Shown here one piece after another: positions 48,237 to 60,862 of a stretch of 64,000 bases of DNA. The DNA is taken from the NCBI GenBank assembly GCA_964252035.1, contig OZ176208.1; one strand, 5' to 3'. The DNA comes from Podarcis erhardii. Lineage: Eukaryota. The notes beneath the pieces are model-generated. The model was given only the letters and a program-made list of their open reading frames with translations, made no database searches and was not told where the DNA came from. The position numbers and the translations under genes were made by a program. Numbering within the stretch: the first letter of the stretch is position 1; each line of letters opens with the position of its first letter.

Positions 48237-49677
48237 GCTTTCGGCTTCTTGTTACTGGAACAGAGCTGGATCTCAGTGTTTGAGTTCCTATAAATACTGT
48301 AGAGGGGGTGTGGTGTATAGCCTCCAATGTTCTGGGCAGAGAGGAAGTTCCCAGGCTAGTGTGCCTTTTCTTCTTTTGTTCCTTAATTACTTGAGAGATA
48401 TCTTGAGTGATTTCTTGAGTGATATCCTGAGTACCACTTAGGTGGGTCATTAGGTGTGGATTAGTTGTTAAAGTCTTTGTGTCTTGACCTCTTGAACTTT
48501 GTGAAGAGTTTTCCTGAGAAGATGGCTGTACTGTACTTTGTTGTGCTCTGGCTTGGCTTCGTGTATAGGGGCGAGCTGTGGTTTTGTGGCTTGTGTCAGC
48601 CAGGTCTGTGTAGGGATTGCAGGGGGGTGCAGCATCCGGAGGTGCCACCATGGATTGGCTACTGGATGGTGTCTGTAATTCATCTGTGGAGAGGGTCTGG
48701 GTTTGGGTCTGGTGTGGTTGATTGGTGTTGGCGTTCTGTGTGCCTCTGGATCTGGTGTCAGTTTTTGTGGGGAGGGCTAATTTCCAGATGTCTGGCAAGC
48801 GGGATGTGTCGTCACGCTTGTTCATGTTGTGAGGGTGTTTCTCTATCTCGATGGCTTCCATGATTATTCTCTTGTGGTGATGTTCCGTGTTAAAGAGCAA
48901 TTTGGAATCTGCAAAATTAATTTCGTGTCCTGTTTCTTTCATGTGTTGGAAAAGAGAGGAAGTTTTTTCTTCTTTTTTGACGGCATTCTTGTGTTCTGCG
49001 ATACGTGCATTTATTCGTCTGTTTGTTTGTCCAATGTACGTGGCTGGGCAGACTTTGCAGGGTATTTCATAGATCCCTTGGTTTTCCAACTGGATTTTAT
49101 CCTTGGGGTTTCTGAGGATATTGGCTATTTTTTGGTTGGTGCAAAAGGCTGTTTTGATATTGTGTTTATGGAGGATTTTGCTAATTTTATCTGTAGTGCC
49201 CTTGATATAAGGAAGGAGGGCCATGCCATTGTTTTCTTCTGTGTCTTGGTTTTTGGGGGGTGTTTCCTTTTGGATTAGCTTCGTAATCCTGTTTTGCTGG
49301 TATCCATTGGCAATTAACACATTTGAGAGATTCTGTAACTCAGTTGTCAAGTGGTCTTTGTCCGCCAGGCGTTTGGTTCTGGAGATGAGAGTCTTGGCTA
49401 CGGAGTTTATTTGTGCAGGGTGGTGGTGTGATTGTGCATGTAAGTAGCGGTTGGTGTGTGTTTTTTTCCGGTAGATAGTGTGTCCTAGGGAGCCATCAGG
49501 TTTTTTGTAGATTAGGACGTCAAGGAAGGGAAGTTGGTTGTTGGCTTCTATTTCCATAGTGAATTGTATTTTGGGGTGTAAGTTGTTGAGATGTGTGAGG
49601 AAGCTATCCAGTTTTTCCTTCCCGTGTGGCCAAATTACAAAGGTGTCGTCAACATATCTGAGCCAAAGTTTGGGTTT
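48214..49677 (-). CDS. PLE reverse transcriptase C-terminal half plus GIY-YIG endonuclease (partial, 488 codons, no natural start)
   Basis: ORF 48214..49557 extends 40 codons upstream without a stop ([19 protein letters not shown]...). Confidence 0.9.
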   Translation of the reverse strand, partial: KPKLWLRYVDDTFVIWPHGKEKLDSFLTHLNNLHPKIQFTMEIEANNQLPFLDVLIYKKPDGSLGHTIYRKKTHTNRYLHAQSHHHPAQINSVAKTLISRTKRLADKDHLTTELQNLSNVLIANGYQQNRITKLIQKETPPKNQDTEENNGMALLPYIKGTTDKISKILHKHNIKTAFCTNQKIANILRNPKDKIQLENQGIYEIPCKVCPATYIGQTNRRINARIAEHKNAVKKEEKTSSLFQHMKETGHEINFADSKLLFNTEHHHKRIIMEAIEIEKHPHNMNKRDDTSRLPDIWKLALPTKTDTRSRGTQNANTNQPHQTQTQTLSTDELQTPSSSQSMVAPPDAAPPCNPYTDLADTSHKTTARPYTRSQARAQQSTVQPSSQENSSQSSRGQDTKTLTTNPHLMTHLSGTQDITQEITQDISQVIKEQKKKRHTSLGTSSLPRTLEAIHHTPSTVFIGTQTLRSSSVPVTRSRKHQPEDDE

Positions 49678-49749
49678 TCAAAAAAAGTTTTCAAACAAAG
49701 TTTGAGGACACCAAAACCTGCATTCCTGTACCCGTGAAAATCTACGAAA

Positions 49750-49786
<37 letters not shown>

Positions 49787-50850
49787 CATACACACACTCA
49801 GGCTTATACACATTTATCATAGTATTTTTCAGTTAATTCACATTTCAGTCTCACTCTGACATTTGAATCACGTTCTGTAGTTCTCATGGTTTTTCCCCCT
49901 CCACAAAAGATGTCATTTCCTTTTATTGCTGAAGAAAACTTGGTCATGTGATGTAATGAAGATGTAATGAAGAGCAGTTTCCTTTAGCAACTGGTTTTGC
50001 ATTTTAAAATGCTTTTAGCAGATTTGTTAATTGATTTGTTAATTGTTAATTGATATACATGCAAAACATATTCAACCCTTTTGAGGCAGGATGAGTTCTA
50101 AAAATACATTAGGTAACGTCTACAGAAAGAAGTAAAAGGATGCATATGGAACTTGTTAAAGCTGTAAAAGCCCTTAGAAATGAAGCTTTGAACGATGCAA
50201 AATATTCAGATTGAAAAAAGATGCGAATTCTGAGCAACATGTCCATGAACCTGCACTAAAATAGTAACTTTATTACTTTCTCATGTTTTACCAGTATATT
50301 TCTATTGGCATTTTATTCATGTATTTGTTTCTTAAAGCTTGTAAAATTACATTTTGTAAAAATTCAGAATAATTCTGTTTTTTTATTTAAGCATACAGAT
50401 TCCTATTTAATTCTTGCTAAGTAAACCAGCCATATTAGCTTATGGAAAGACAAAATAAGTTGAGTTGAACGTTGAGACATTACCAGAAGAAAGTATTAGA
50501 GGGAAGCATATGAGAGTTGTATTTGGCCAAGTCATACCCATGGCAGACCCATCAAAATCAGTTGAACTGAATAACTTAATCCAGAAATTTTCATGGGTCT
50601 ATTCTGAGCATAATTTAGTTGAATATAACATATAAAAATAAATAGGTTTTCAACAAAAATCTCTTAAAAGTGTAGTTCATCATTTAAAACTGAAACCAAG
50701 ATTTAAAAGGTGAAAAACTAATATGACTGTGAGAAATCTTAAGGGATAGACTAGACAACAACTGACATAGACAGCACCAGAGGAGGGCAGTGTAGCAATG
50801 TCCCCCCTAGGTAAGCAGTGTGCACACATACACACACATTGCTCTATGGA

Positions 50851-50851
<1 letters not shown>

Positions 50852-50895
<44 letters not shown>

Positions 50896-50897
50896 TA
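50852..50897. repeat. (AAT)n microsatellite
   Basis: Directly visible. Confidence 0.95.
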
Positions 50898-53289
50898 TTA
50901 GAATTATACACATCAAATTAAAATAAATCCATTTAAAATGAGCATATTTATTTGAAAGGTAACAAAACAAAAACAAAAACAAAAAAATCATTAACATACA
51001 AATATCCTGTCCACTGCCCAATGTGCTCAAAACCAGAGCATATTGTTGGTTTTCTGTATTTCTTTAATATAAATGTTCTATAAATATCAACGTTCTCATC
51101 ACAGCCAAACATGAATCATGTTGAATCATGATGGCATCCAATATAAGGACCAATTCATTTGGGTGTGGAAAACAGGCCTCAAATTACTCTCTTGTAGTGA
51201 AGACACGAGGAGTGAAAATACAAACTGATACCCAGTGTTAATGTTTTTAATATTAACTGATTTAAGAGACTAGTGATTCTTCTTTTTTCCTTTACATGCA
51301 TTACTGATTCAATTTATTGCACTTATATGCTTCAGCTGAATCTCAAAGCAGCTTACAAACAGTAACTACGGCAGCAATAAACATAACAGAACATCAGTGC
51401 AAAACATCACAATTACAATACCTGGGCCAAATAAAAGTTGGCCTTACCAAATCATATACAATCTTTAACAAATCAACAATTATAAGTACTTATAAACTAT
51501 ACAACAATACTAATGAAACAGCAGCTTAAAAAAACCATTATTACAGGGTGTGATCACCCTGGCAGACAAACTGCTTCAGTAACCATTATCCCTACTCAAT
51601 GTATTAAATGCAGAGAGCCCAGCATCTTGAGAGGAAATTGATGAAATAAGAATACCTAGAAGCACTTCCATACTATAACAAACACTTTCCCCAAATCACA
51701 TAATGTTGTTCTTGTGGGCAATAGCCCTACTGCTGTAACTCAAACCCACAAACTCATAAAGAGACTGAGGAAAAATACCCCTGTCCTTGGGACTGCATAC
51801 TATCACACACCCCCTCAAAAAAAACAAAAAAACAAAAAACCAGTAGCTATCCAAATAATTAAAGGGAACAATATCCTTTTACAGAACTATGGGCCAGGTG
51901 AGCAGCAATCGGCAGCAGGCACAGCCCATCATTCTTCCCAAAGGTTCTGCTCAACAGCTCAACAATGCTTAAAAGTCACATGGCTTTTCTTTTGTAAAAC
52001 CAATAAGTTTTTTCTTCATTAGAAAGGTCAAACAACAGCAGGAAATCAAAGCCTGCCGAGATAGATTAAATGCACACTGCGGGGCATATGTTTCCAACAT
52101 CTCTCTTTTCAGCAGCAAAGAAATGAGTTAGCAACTACATTCAAAGAAGGAAAGCCTGCTGATGGAATGATACTGCCTAAAAGCAGAAAGAAAGTAAAAT
52201 GCTTACTTGCAAAGTGATGTGCGGTATAGTGGGAAGTAGCATGTTTGAGTTTTCTGGGTTTTTCTGAGTAAAAGCAAAGATGAAATGGACCTTCTGTTCT
52301 CAAATGGAAAAGGGCCTGGGCAATAATATGAATACTCAAGCTCAGACAATATCTGAGCTGTTCTCTTACCATTGCTGGTTGAATGCAGAGAAAGATTATC
52401 TGGCACTGTCAGAAGCCGTGTGGACTGTCCTACTAACTACATGATGGAGTTCCACTTGGAGGTGTATTTGGGGTTTGGGGATCAGGATGAAATTTTTTAA
52501 CCTTTCCTCCTCAAAACAGTGGGGATAACAAATTTGTTCATGGTGGTATACATTCACCATGTAAACTTTACAATCACAGGGATTTGTGGATGCTTCATAA
52601 AGATGGCAGCCTATCCAGTTATCTGCACCACGTATTTCTTCTACTGCCATTGCTGGTTTGAGATTTATTTTTCATTGGATTTCCCTCCTAACTTCAGAAC
52701 TAGCCTCTCCTAGAGGGTGTTACCATATTTATTTTCTTAAAATAGGCTCTTTAATAGTAGTCAATAGCAACTTGCCCAGTGGGGTGGAAGGGCAACCATA
52801 GCATCCTGGCAGGTGTGTTGTTGCTGTTTACAGGGAAGGAGGGAGGGAGGGGTGAGGAGATTGGCACAGAACAGTACTCTGCAATACTACTACCAGCAGT
52901 TGCAGTTATCACAGTGATCATTAATGTATTTTTTGTGAGTATGAAGTGACTGAGTCTTATGAACAGATATAGAGAGTCATTCTTCTTTTGCAGTTTGTTT
53001 GGGTTTTTGCCTTGCCCAGTTCAAGTCATCCTACTGCCTACATCTCATTAATAACCCATAGCTCACTCTATTTATAATTCCCAACAAACCATTTTGATTC
53101 TATCTTTATCAGAACATAACATCTGAGACTTACTGTAATCCTGCATTGCAAAAACAAAATTGCTTTCACTCACACATCTGGACATTGTTCCAGTTCCAGA
53201 ACCAGTCCTCAGTTTAATGGGAATTGCTGGAATCTATGTACTACTCTGATGTTTATGTTCTTGAGTCCCTTGCATGGGATTGGGGTTAG

Positions 53290-53420
53290 AATGTCGGAAT
53301 AGGATCTGAGAGACCAGGGTTCAAATCCCCACTCCATAATGGGTCAGTCACTGCCTCTCAGTCTAACCTACCTCGGAGGGTAGAGGATTAAATGAGGAGG
53401 GGGAGAACCATGTATGCCAT
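53290..53420 (+). mobile_element. Old tRNA-derived SINE fragment (MIR/Squam3-like)
   Basis: B-box GGGTTCAAATCCC followed by a decayed CORE-like segment similar to 53979-54228. Confidence 0.55.
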
Positions 53421-53978
53421 TACAGGTTGACATTACACAAATGCACAAAAGGTGTAAGGTCCCCGCATGCTCTGGAAATGGACATCGGATCAATGTAAAA
53501 AAAGTTAAATGAACTATTCATCAGTATATCAAAGTACAAAATAAAAAATGAGTTACAAAGGTTCTAAATAAATATATAACAATAGATGCCCACTATGCAT
53601 ACTGTAGTCAAGAAGTTAGGAGACGTGTCCTTCTATGAATAGGACAAGGAATGTTGCTTAGGGAACAGCCCTCTAGTTGTCAGTAGGGTGCATGCACTCT
53701 CAGTGTGCACTCATGGCAAAAAGCCTGGCTTTGAACATGCCTCATACTAATTTCCCTTGCAGCTACTACACTTCTTGTGCCATTTGTACACTAGGGGTCC
53801 TTTGTAAAATGATACACACCCAAATCTCAGGTTTACTGATTTTCTGCTTGGTCTCTATAATACACTAGAAAGGTATCTCATTTTCTTTTAGATAAGTGAA
53901 CCACAGACAAGCAGAGACAAAAGGTGCAGAAAACACTCAATTAGCAATGTATGCATATGTACTTCATGGGATAGTGTT

Positions 53979-54228
53979 GAGAGCCAGTGTGCTGTAGTGG
54001 TTAAGAGCGGTAGTCTCGTAATCTGGTGAACCAGGTTCGCGTCTCCGCTCTTCCACATGCAGCTGCTGGGTGACCTTGGGCCAGTCACACTTCTTTGAAG
54101 TCTCTCAGCCCCACTCACCTCACAGAGTGTTTGTTGTGGGGGAGGAAGGGAAAGGAGAATGTTAGCCGCTTTGAGACTCCTTCGGGTAGTGATAAAGCGG
54201 GATATCAAATCCAAACTCTTCTTCTTCT
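53979..54228 (+). mobile_element. tRNA-derived SINE (Squam3/MIR-like) with (CTT)n tail
   Basis: A-box-like TGCTGTAGTGG, B-box-like GGTTCGCGTCTCC, CORE-like GTGACCTTGGGCCAGTCAC, ends in cttcttcttct. Confidence 0.8.
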
Positions 54229-54299
54229 AGGTGTGTCAGTTCTAAGCAGGCAAAAGATGGAAGCGCAATTCACTATATAGGCCCTCCAAGACTCAGGAT

Positions 54300-54638
54300 T
54301 CCAGTACCTGAAGGTGTACTTCACCTGGAATTGTCCCGCCTCTTAAGATCTGAATGAAATTCTCTTTCTGATTTCCCACATCCAAGGCTGGTAGCATGAG
54401 AACAGACCCTCTCAGTAGTGGCATCTCAAATATAGCAAACCCTCTCTGTGGCCATTTGGCTGGTGCCTATGCTGTTATACTTTTGTAGTCAGCAAAAAGC
54501 TCTGCTGTTTGGAGATTTTATGGACCTGTCTGTAGTATTTGTGTGGTTTATGCATTTTAATTGGTTCTATCTGTTCCTCATGTGCATTATTATGATATAT
54601 ATTGTTACCTGCCCTGAGGTCAAGGGTGAGGAAGGACA

Positions 54639-54678
<40 letters not shown>

Positions 54679-54680
54679 AA
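54300..54680 (+). mobile_element. Old L2 LINE 3' end with (TAAA)n tail
   Basis: Decayed similarity to the other L2 ends; (TAAA)n at 54639-54677. Confidence 0.55.
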
Positions 54681-55365
54681 AGTATCTTGTAAACATAACC
54701 AGAGTATGGCATTATAGCTAATTTGAATTCAACCAAGACCCATTAAGCCTGACGTGAGAGTGAATTTTCCTGTTCAAAGTTAAAGCAGATGAATATGACT
54801 CACAGTTTTACATCATGGTAATTTGGGGTATGTTCAACTCAGTTAAGCAAGACAATTTTAAATATTTTAGTCTCACGAACTTCACCAAATAGCAGCAGGG
54901 TTTAAACTCAAGGATTCTGCCGTAAGTAACTTGTGGACAAAAATGATAAAGTAGCACCAAGTTTATCAACAAGCAAATAGAGTGGTGAGCAGCAGGCACC
55001 TTCACTCATTTACAGTGTTTAAGTCTCATTCTGCAGCATCAGAAAGGGCAGAAAAAAAAGAAATAGCCAAGAACATGGAACTCAAAATGAGGACTTGGCA
55101 TGGCATCCAATTGGATCTTTTGGAGATGCAAGGCATACAAGCTACACAATACCATCTTAATATATTTTATGGTATGTATAAATAAATCTACATTTCCACA
55201 GCTAGATGTCCATGGGTACTGTCTACAAAAACTGAAAAATAATTGCTACATTTCAATTATACTTCTAAAACGATAAAATAAGAAAGGAAAAACAGAATCA
55301 AAAATAACTAAGAACAGAAATGCCCCTTTGAATAAAGAATGGAAGATAAGGCTGGTGATACTCAC

Positions 55366-55464
55366 AGTTGTGGTGGTAATCACTTCCTCGGTTACAACCT
55401 TCAATGTATCAACCACTGAGATATATCCCAGACGCTTAGCAATTGCTAAAGCAGTGTTGCCATT
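55366..55464 (-). CDS. ANK2: ANK2 exon, last ankyrin repeat and start of linker (99 nt): [33 protein letters not shown]
   Basis: CAG acceptor, GTGAGT donor; contained in ORF 55246..55566. Confidence 0.96.
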
Positions 55465-57507
55465 CTGAAAGGAGAAAAGAGGGAGAGAAGGAGAAGGAGA
55501 GGGAGGATTATGATATGAACCAATGAGATCACACCCTGCACTGAATGAGCCAGCATTTCCATCCAAAACAAGGCATTCGCTTAGGAAAATCAGTGTGCTT
55601 TACTGTTAAATCTGAATCTCTCTTTGCAACTTTGCTCAGACTACAGCCCCAATTGCCATGGTAACAAAACACACAGAACGTCTGCCTGTTACACTTAATA
55701 AAAATCTACTGCTTTTAATGGTTTAACCCACAACTTTCTATATTACACTTTATAAAATCTGGCTTTGCTGAAACTCCTGATTAATTTTACCAAACATGTT
55801 TTTAATTGAGAATAACTTGATTAATAAATAGCTTAAGAGGCTCCACTTGAAAAATAGAAAGATGAGATGATTCATGCAAATGGTGCAACAGGGGGAAAAA
55901 CCTAGACAAGGCAAAACAAATCAGAGACTGTATTTAAAATTCAATATACAAATGCCACTGCCAACAGGATGCCATCCAGATGTTGTTGAACTACAGCTCC
56001 CTTAATCTCTGGTGGGAATTGTAGTCCAACAGCATTTGAAGGAAACCACATTGGCTATCCCTAGACTGGGGGGATAGAATATTCAGCAATTATATGCCTC
56101 AATTTCTATTTGGGTGAACAAAATATATTTAATCCAAAAGTAGCACCACTAATTTGTGTTATGTTTGGGGCTGTACCAAATGTCCTTCAATTTCAGTTTT
56201 CAGGGGTTAAGTAGTATTTTCAGGGAGAATGAGAAATATTTCCTAGGAAAATCTAAACTGTGCAAACTCTTGCCATCTGAGAATACTTACACACACACAC
56301 CCAGTGCAGTTTCAGCACCAAATTTTGATTTTTCATATGTTGATTTTTGGCTGGAGGAGCTTCTAGACTGTTGCTATTTTCAGCTAAAATTTAATCATAC
56401 ATTAACAAATTCGGGTTGTGCCATTATTGTTGACTGACAAATCTTGCACATCAACCAGTTTCCCCTAAAGATTGGATTTTTTTGCAATAAGGAGGGTGAC
56501 TGGAAAATGTAGTGGGATGACACTTAATTTGATGCAACACTAACCTCCCCGCAAAGAGAAAGCTTTTCTATTCTATGTGAGAAATGACTGCGTGAACAGG
56601 GCACTGTTTCATCTCAGTTCTAGTCAGGCTACATAGAAAGCCAATTTGCCCTCTGGGGGTTTGTGGGACAGCTGCGCCGGGCCACAACTGCCGCCCACCT
56701 TCTGATCAGATAAGTGGTCATTCTTAACCTGAGAAGCCACGGTTTCCAATGTGAACCACCTTCTGAAGTTACACACCTTCCTATAGGAGCACCAGTTCCT
56801 GGGAGCTGACCCCTTTTGCCCCCTCAAATATTTTTGTGTGGGAGCTTCCCCCCCCCCATGTCCAAAAAGCAGAGGTGAAGCGTGGAGCCAAGCACAGCAT
56901 GGCACAGCTCCAACGGCCAGCTCCTTCTCTTTCTCCTCCTGCTGCGGAGGTGAAAGAGAGTCAAAGCAGCTTCCCGCTTGTGGTGGCACCAGGAGAGGAG
57001 CCACCAACCATTGAAGCTGTGCAGATGCTGTTTTTGATTCTGCCCCAGGTCCTCCTGATGTCCTGACATCAGGTGCATGACATTGTGCATGCCCCCATCG
57101 CCCTTGCAAGCAGGCGCCTCTGCCTCTATTCATGTTCCTCTGAAACTCTTTGAAGGAACAGATTTCAGAACTGATCTCAACAATCAGGCCCCATCCTCTT
57201 TTGAATGGAATACAGTATTCAGGTTGTCTTGACATTACACTTTCACTGAGTCTAACCTTTAGTCACACACTGGGGGAACGTGGTTATCAGTGAAATTACA
57301 CCATACTCTTATTCTTTGAGGAAACGGATACACACTATTGTGTCACAGTCAATCAGGAAACAATCTAAGATAATAAATTAGGCGCTACTCTTTCCCTATG
57401 CTGGATGGTATGCTGGATGCTTTATTATCATTAGCCTAAAACACAGAACCAGAAAGAGAAAACCACACCATGAAATGAAGGAAACAGTGTGGCAATACCA
57501 TGCTTAC

Positions 57508-57606
57508 CGCAGTGATTGCATTTGGTTTGGCCCCATGTTGGAGAAGAACGTTGATGATGTGTGTGTGACCTTGCTGAGCAGCTTGATGAAGAGGAGTGTA
57601 CCCATT
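57508..57606 (-). CDS. ANK2: ANK2 exon, ankyrin repeat (99 nt): [33 protein letters not shown]
   Basis: CAG acceptor, GTAAG donor. Confidence 0.96.
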
Positions 57607-59452
57607 CTGTAGTTAGTGGTAGTTCACACATTTAGGGGAGGGAAAAGCAGCAACATCAATATCTATATATTTGCATATTCCCTAGATTATTTTAATGAAG
57701 GTATAACTCATAACTGCTGGCAACCTTGCAATCATATCTGTTTGGATATTGCAATTTTCATTATTAATACATTTTATAGAAAATTATTCTTTCACCATTA
57801 ATAACTGAAGGCAAGTAATAGCTACCAGATCTATATTAAGGTATGGAAAAAGGGAGGTGGGGAGAAATTAATCAATGGGCCAAAGCTTATAGGACAAAGC
57901 AGTTATTAAGTAAAGACTAGTGATGCCATGGAAGTTTGTGAAGTTTTTATATTCTTTAAAACTGTTCACAACTTCCCCTCCATGCTTTTCTATGGGCTAG
58001 TCACTGAAAGAGAAGTATGAGCAATACATCACACAAACCCTTGTTGATCATCCAATTGATTTATTTTTCTTGGAGATTTCAGAGTGTAATATAGCAGATC
58101 CATGAAGAAAAAGCTAACACAGGCTTCAAAGTAAACTAACTTTTGGTTAGAAATTCATTTTTCCATTTGCTTTTCTTATATGCCGCCTATATTTCCGAAA
58201 GCAGGCTTGTGTTCTAAAAGCAACTTCAGCTAAATATAACACTGGGTGAGACAGAACATTTAGAGACAGAGGCAATGCCACAACATTTCCAATCCAGCCA
58301 TTCTTAAGGCCACACAGTAAACTACTGAAATGGAATTCTTCAGAAAGGGGGGACGTTATTACAGTAAAACAGCAAACTATAAAACTCTTCTTGCTAATAA
58401 CACATCATGTGCCAAACTTAACTGAATGTCTTGGATGCAATTTAAAGAGAAGTATATTCAAAATTGGTGCATCTTATCTTTTATGTTTCCATAGAGCAGA
58501 GGACATTTTAAAACAAAACAAAACCCCAACCCCTTTCCAGACTAACTGGCAGCCAGATGTATGGATTCACTCAGTTAAAAGAGCAGCTTCCTTTTGCTAG
58601 ATTTTCAAAGTATGTATCTACCTCTTAGAAGCATGGGAACGAGGTGTTCTTTTTCCTATAGACGGACTTCAAAACTTTCAGCTGCAGAATGCAACTTAAA
58701 AAAAAACTGCACTTATGCTGAAAGCAAGTTGGAATGTAAAGGAAAGAATTGGGAAGGGGTTAGAAACTGCAGTTAAGGTTCACTGCTTGCCCCCACATGG
58801 CTGCATTGTGGGACAAAGGCCATGCAAGTCAACTGAACTTCTTATCTTGTCCAGAGGGTTGTCAGAGAGTTCTGTCATTCTTGCATCAGCCCACTAGATT
58901 TCTTTGCTGGGTTCAGAGGAAGGGGCTTCCCTCCTCTGGTAGTCCAGAGATTTCCATGCTAGGAGCAGAGGAGGGCAGAATGTTCCATTCATTTCCTGCC
59001 GACCTGCTCAGTCAACTGCACACAATTCCTTATCAGCTATGGCTTATATACAAGACCACTCTAAAACTTGTATTCATCATTGATGAAGGCATGCCTGAAC
59101 CAAGATGTGTTTCAGAAAAATCACATCAAAGCACAAGTCTCTGGAGCATTATTCTGCTTCCATTTTATAACAAAATAATCCAAAAATTGAAATCCACATG
59201 AGTGATCATCTGTGTCTGCTTCTCATACATGCACATGTGTCCCTAGTCCACAAACAAATTATTAATGGTTCTCAGCTTGGCTTACTGAGTACTGCATTGC
59301 AATTTTGACCAAACTGGCTACAGTCAATGGGAACCACATTCTGCTTTCAGCATACTTCCCTGGAACAGTTAAAATACGAAGTGCAAATTACCATCACATG
59401 TTTGCAAAGCAGCAAAGGGGAGGGGGAGAGGAAATTATGAACAAATGTTTAC

Positions 59453-59551
59453 CTTTGTCTTTGCATTGACGTTAGCTCCCTGCTTCAGGAGAAAGTTGAC
59501 CATCTTGATGTTCCCATAGTGACAAGCCACTATTAATGGACTGTAACCCAG
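59453..59551 (-). CDS. ANK2: ANK2 exon, ankyrin repeat (99 nt): [33 protein letters not shown]
   Basis: TAG acceptor, GTAAA donor, ankyrin consensus. Confidence 0.96.
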
Positions 59552-59650
59552 CTACAAATAAAAAGCAACCCAAAAAACCACAAAAAATAAGTAGTGAATA
59601 TGATATCGCACTGGAAATTTATTTTATCATCTTGGAAGTTACTGATATAC

Positions 59651-59749
59651 CTTAGTCTGGGCATCTTTGTTTGCCCCATGTTTTATCAGGATATCTGCTA
59701 CATTCACTTTATCTTCTTGAGCTGCCAAATGTAAAGATGTCAATCCACT
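59651..59749 (-). CDS. ANK2: ANK2 exon, ankyrin repeat (99 nt): [33 protein letters not shown]
   Basis: CAG acceptor, GTATAT donor, ankyrin consensus. Confidence 0.95.
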
Positions 59750-59924
59750 CTGTAAATTAAATATAAACAGTCCTTTATTGTATTATAGATACAGCAGTAT
59801 TTGCAACAGCTGAACCTTCTGAAACAGTATCAGCAGCAACCAAGCATAAAGCTTTTTACCACAGTCAAGCCTCAGGCATACAAAGGCATGCATGGCAGTA
59901 GCTATATCTTCATTGAAGAGAAGA

Positions 59925-60020
59925 TGTCTTCTCACCATGAACATCCTAAGGCTGTGAACTAGTGCTACCAGGGGGCTGGAATCCCATCACTGGAGGGAAT
60001 CTTAATCACTTACAAGTCAG
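59925..60020 (+). mobile_element. Decayed CR1 3' fragment
   Basis: ggctgtgaactagtgctaccagggggctggaatcccatcactggag resembles the CR1 ORF2 end. Confidence 0.45.
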
Positions 60021-60664
60021 AAAGACTGCCAGCTATCATTCTGTCTATCACATCCGCCATGACTAGATTTAATTCTAGGAAGCTCACTCACAGCCAATCG
60101 CCAATTATGGCCCAACATGAAAGAGCAGCAAGTGTAGATCTGAAGAAGATGAATGCCAAAGGTAGAGTTGGATATCATGAGAGAACTGATAGCACTGAAT
60201 GCTATGGCCAGGGGCCTCATACACATATTGAACAGGAGAACATCTTGAAGAACATCCTATGAGGACAATGAGCAAATGTCCATCACAATCCTTTGGGGCC
60301 TTTCTCTCAGGAATGAACGAAACCTTCCAAGAACAGATCTCCCTACACAACTGACCAACTCCCACAGTCATGCCAACAACATCGCAGCACCAACATAATA
60401 AATGCATGAAAAACTCCTCTGTTATTCTATAGGCAGAGAACCAGGCCATGAGAACTGCCTAAGTATGGGACCCAAAACCAAGCAAGTAAGTGTTTTAGAA
60501 AGCTTCTACTATCCAGATTTTAGCGGGATAGAAACATATTTATCTGTTTCTGCATATTCAACATACAACAATATTTTTCTGTTAACTGTGTCACAATACT
60601 ATCCCTTCTTTCATTTTCCAGATAGCATTACGTGGGTTTATTTCCATTAACAGAAAGGCATTAC

Positions 60665-60862
60665 CTTTGTGGCCACGTGGATATTAGCTCCTTTCTCCAA
60701 AAGTAAGTTCACCAGGTCAGCATGACCTTCCTGAGAGGCCAGGTGAAGTGGAGTCACTCCTTGTTTGGTCAAAATATTGGTCTCTGCTCCATAGTTCAGC
60801 AGGGTTGTGGCTATTTGCATCTGATTCTTCTTAGCAGCAATATGTAGAGGGGTATATCCATT
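60665..60862 (-). CDS. ANK2: ANK2 exon, two ankyrin repeats (198 nt): [18 protein letters not shown]...[14 protein letters not shown]...IHVATK
   Basis: TAG acceptor, GTAA donor, open frame of 66 codons. Confidence 0.96.

Larger units (their letters stand above)
48141..49751 (-). mobile_element. Penelope-like retroelement (PLE), 5'-truncated, with an inverted tail copy at its 5' end, embedded in (AT)n
   Basis: Stop-free frame 49677..48214 containing the RT motif RYVDDTF (49656-49645), LPFLDV thumb region and GIY-YIG endonuclease (GIYEIPC...YIGQT...RIAEH); (AT)n at 48115-48142 and 49752-49782. Confidence 0.93.

Noticed and set aside
50680-51030. 116-aa ORF with a poly-Ile run, and similar short intronic ORFs throughout the window
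   Set aside because: Produced by (AAT)n or (AT)n microsatellites and random open frames; no domain content.
59552-59650. 99-nt intron, the same length as an ankyrin-repeat exon, as an in-frame retained intron or U12 intron
   Set aside because: The fourth codon is TAA; the donor GTATATCA does not match U12 GTATCCTT.
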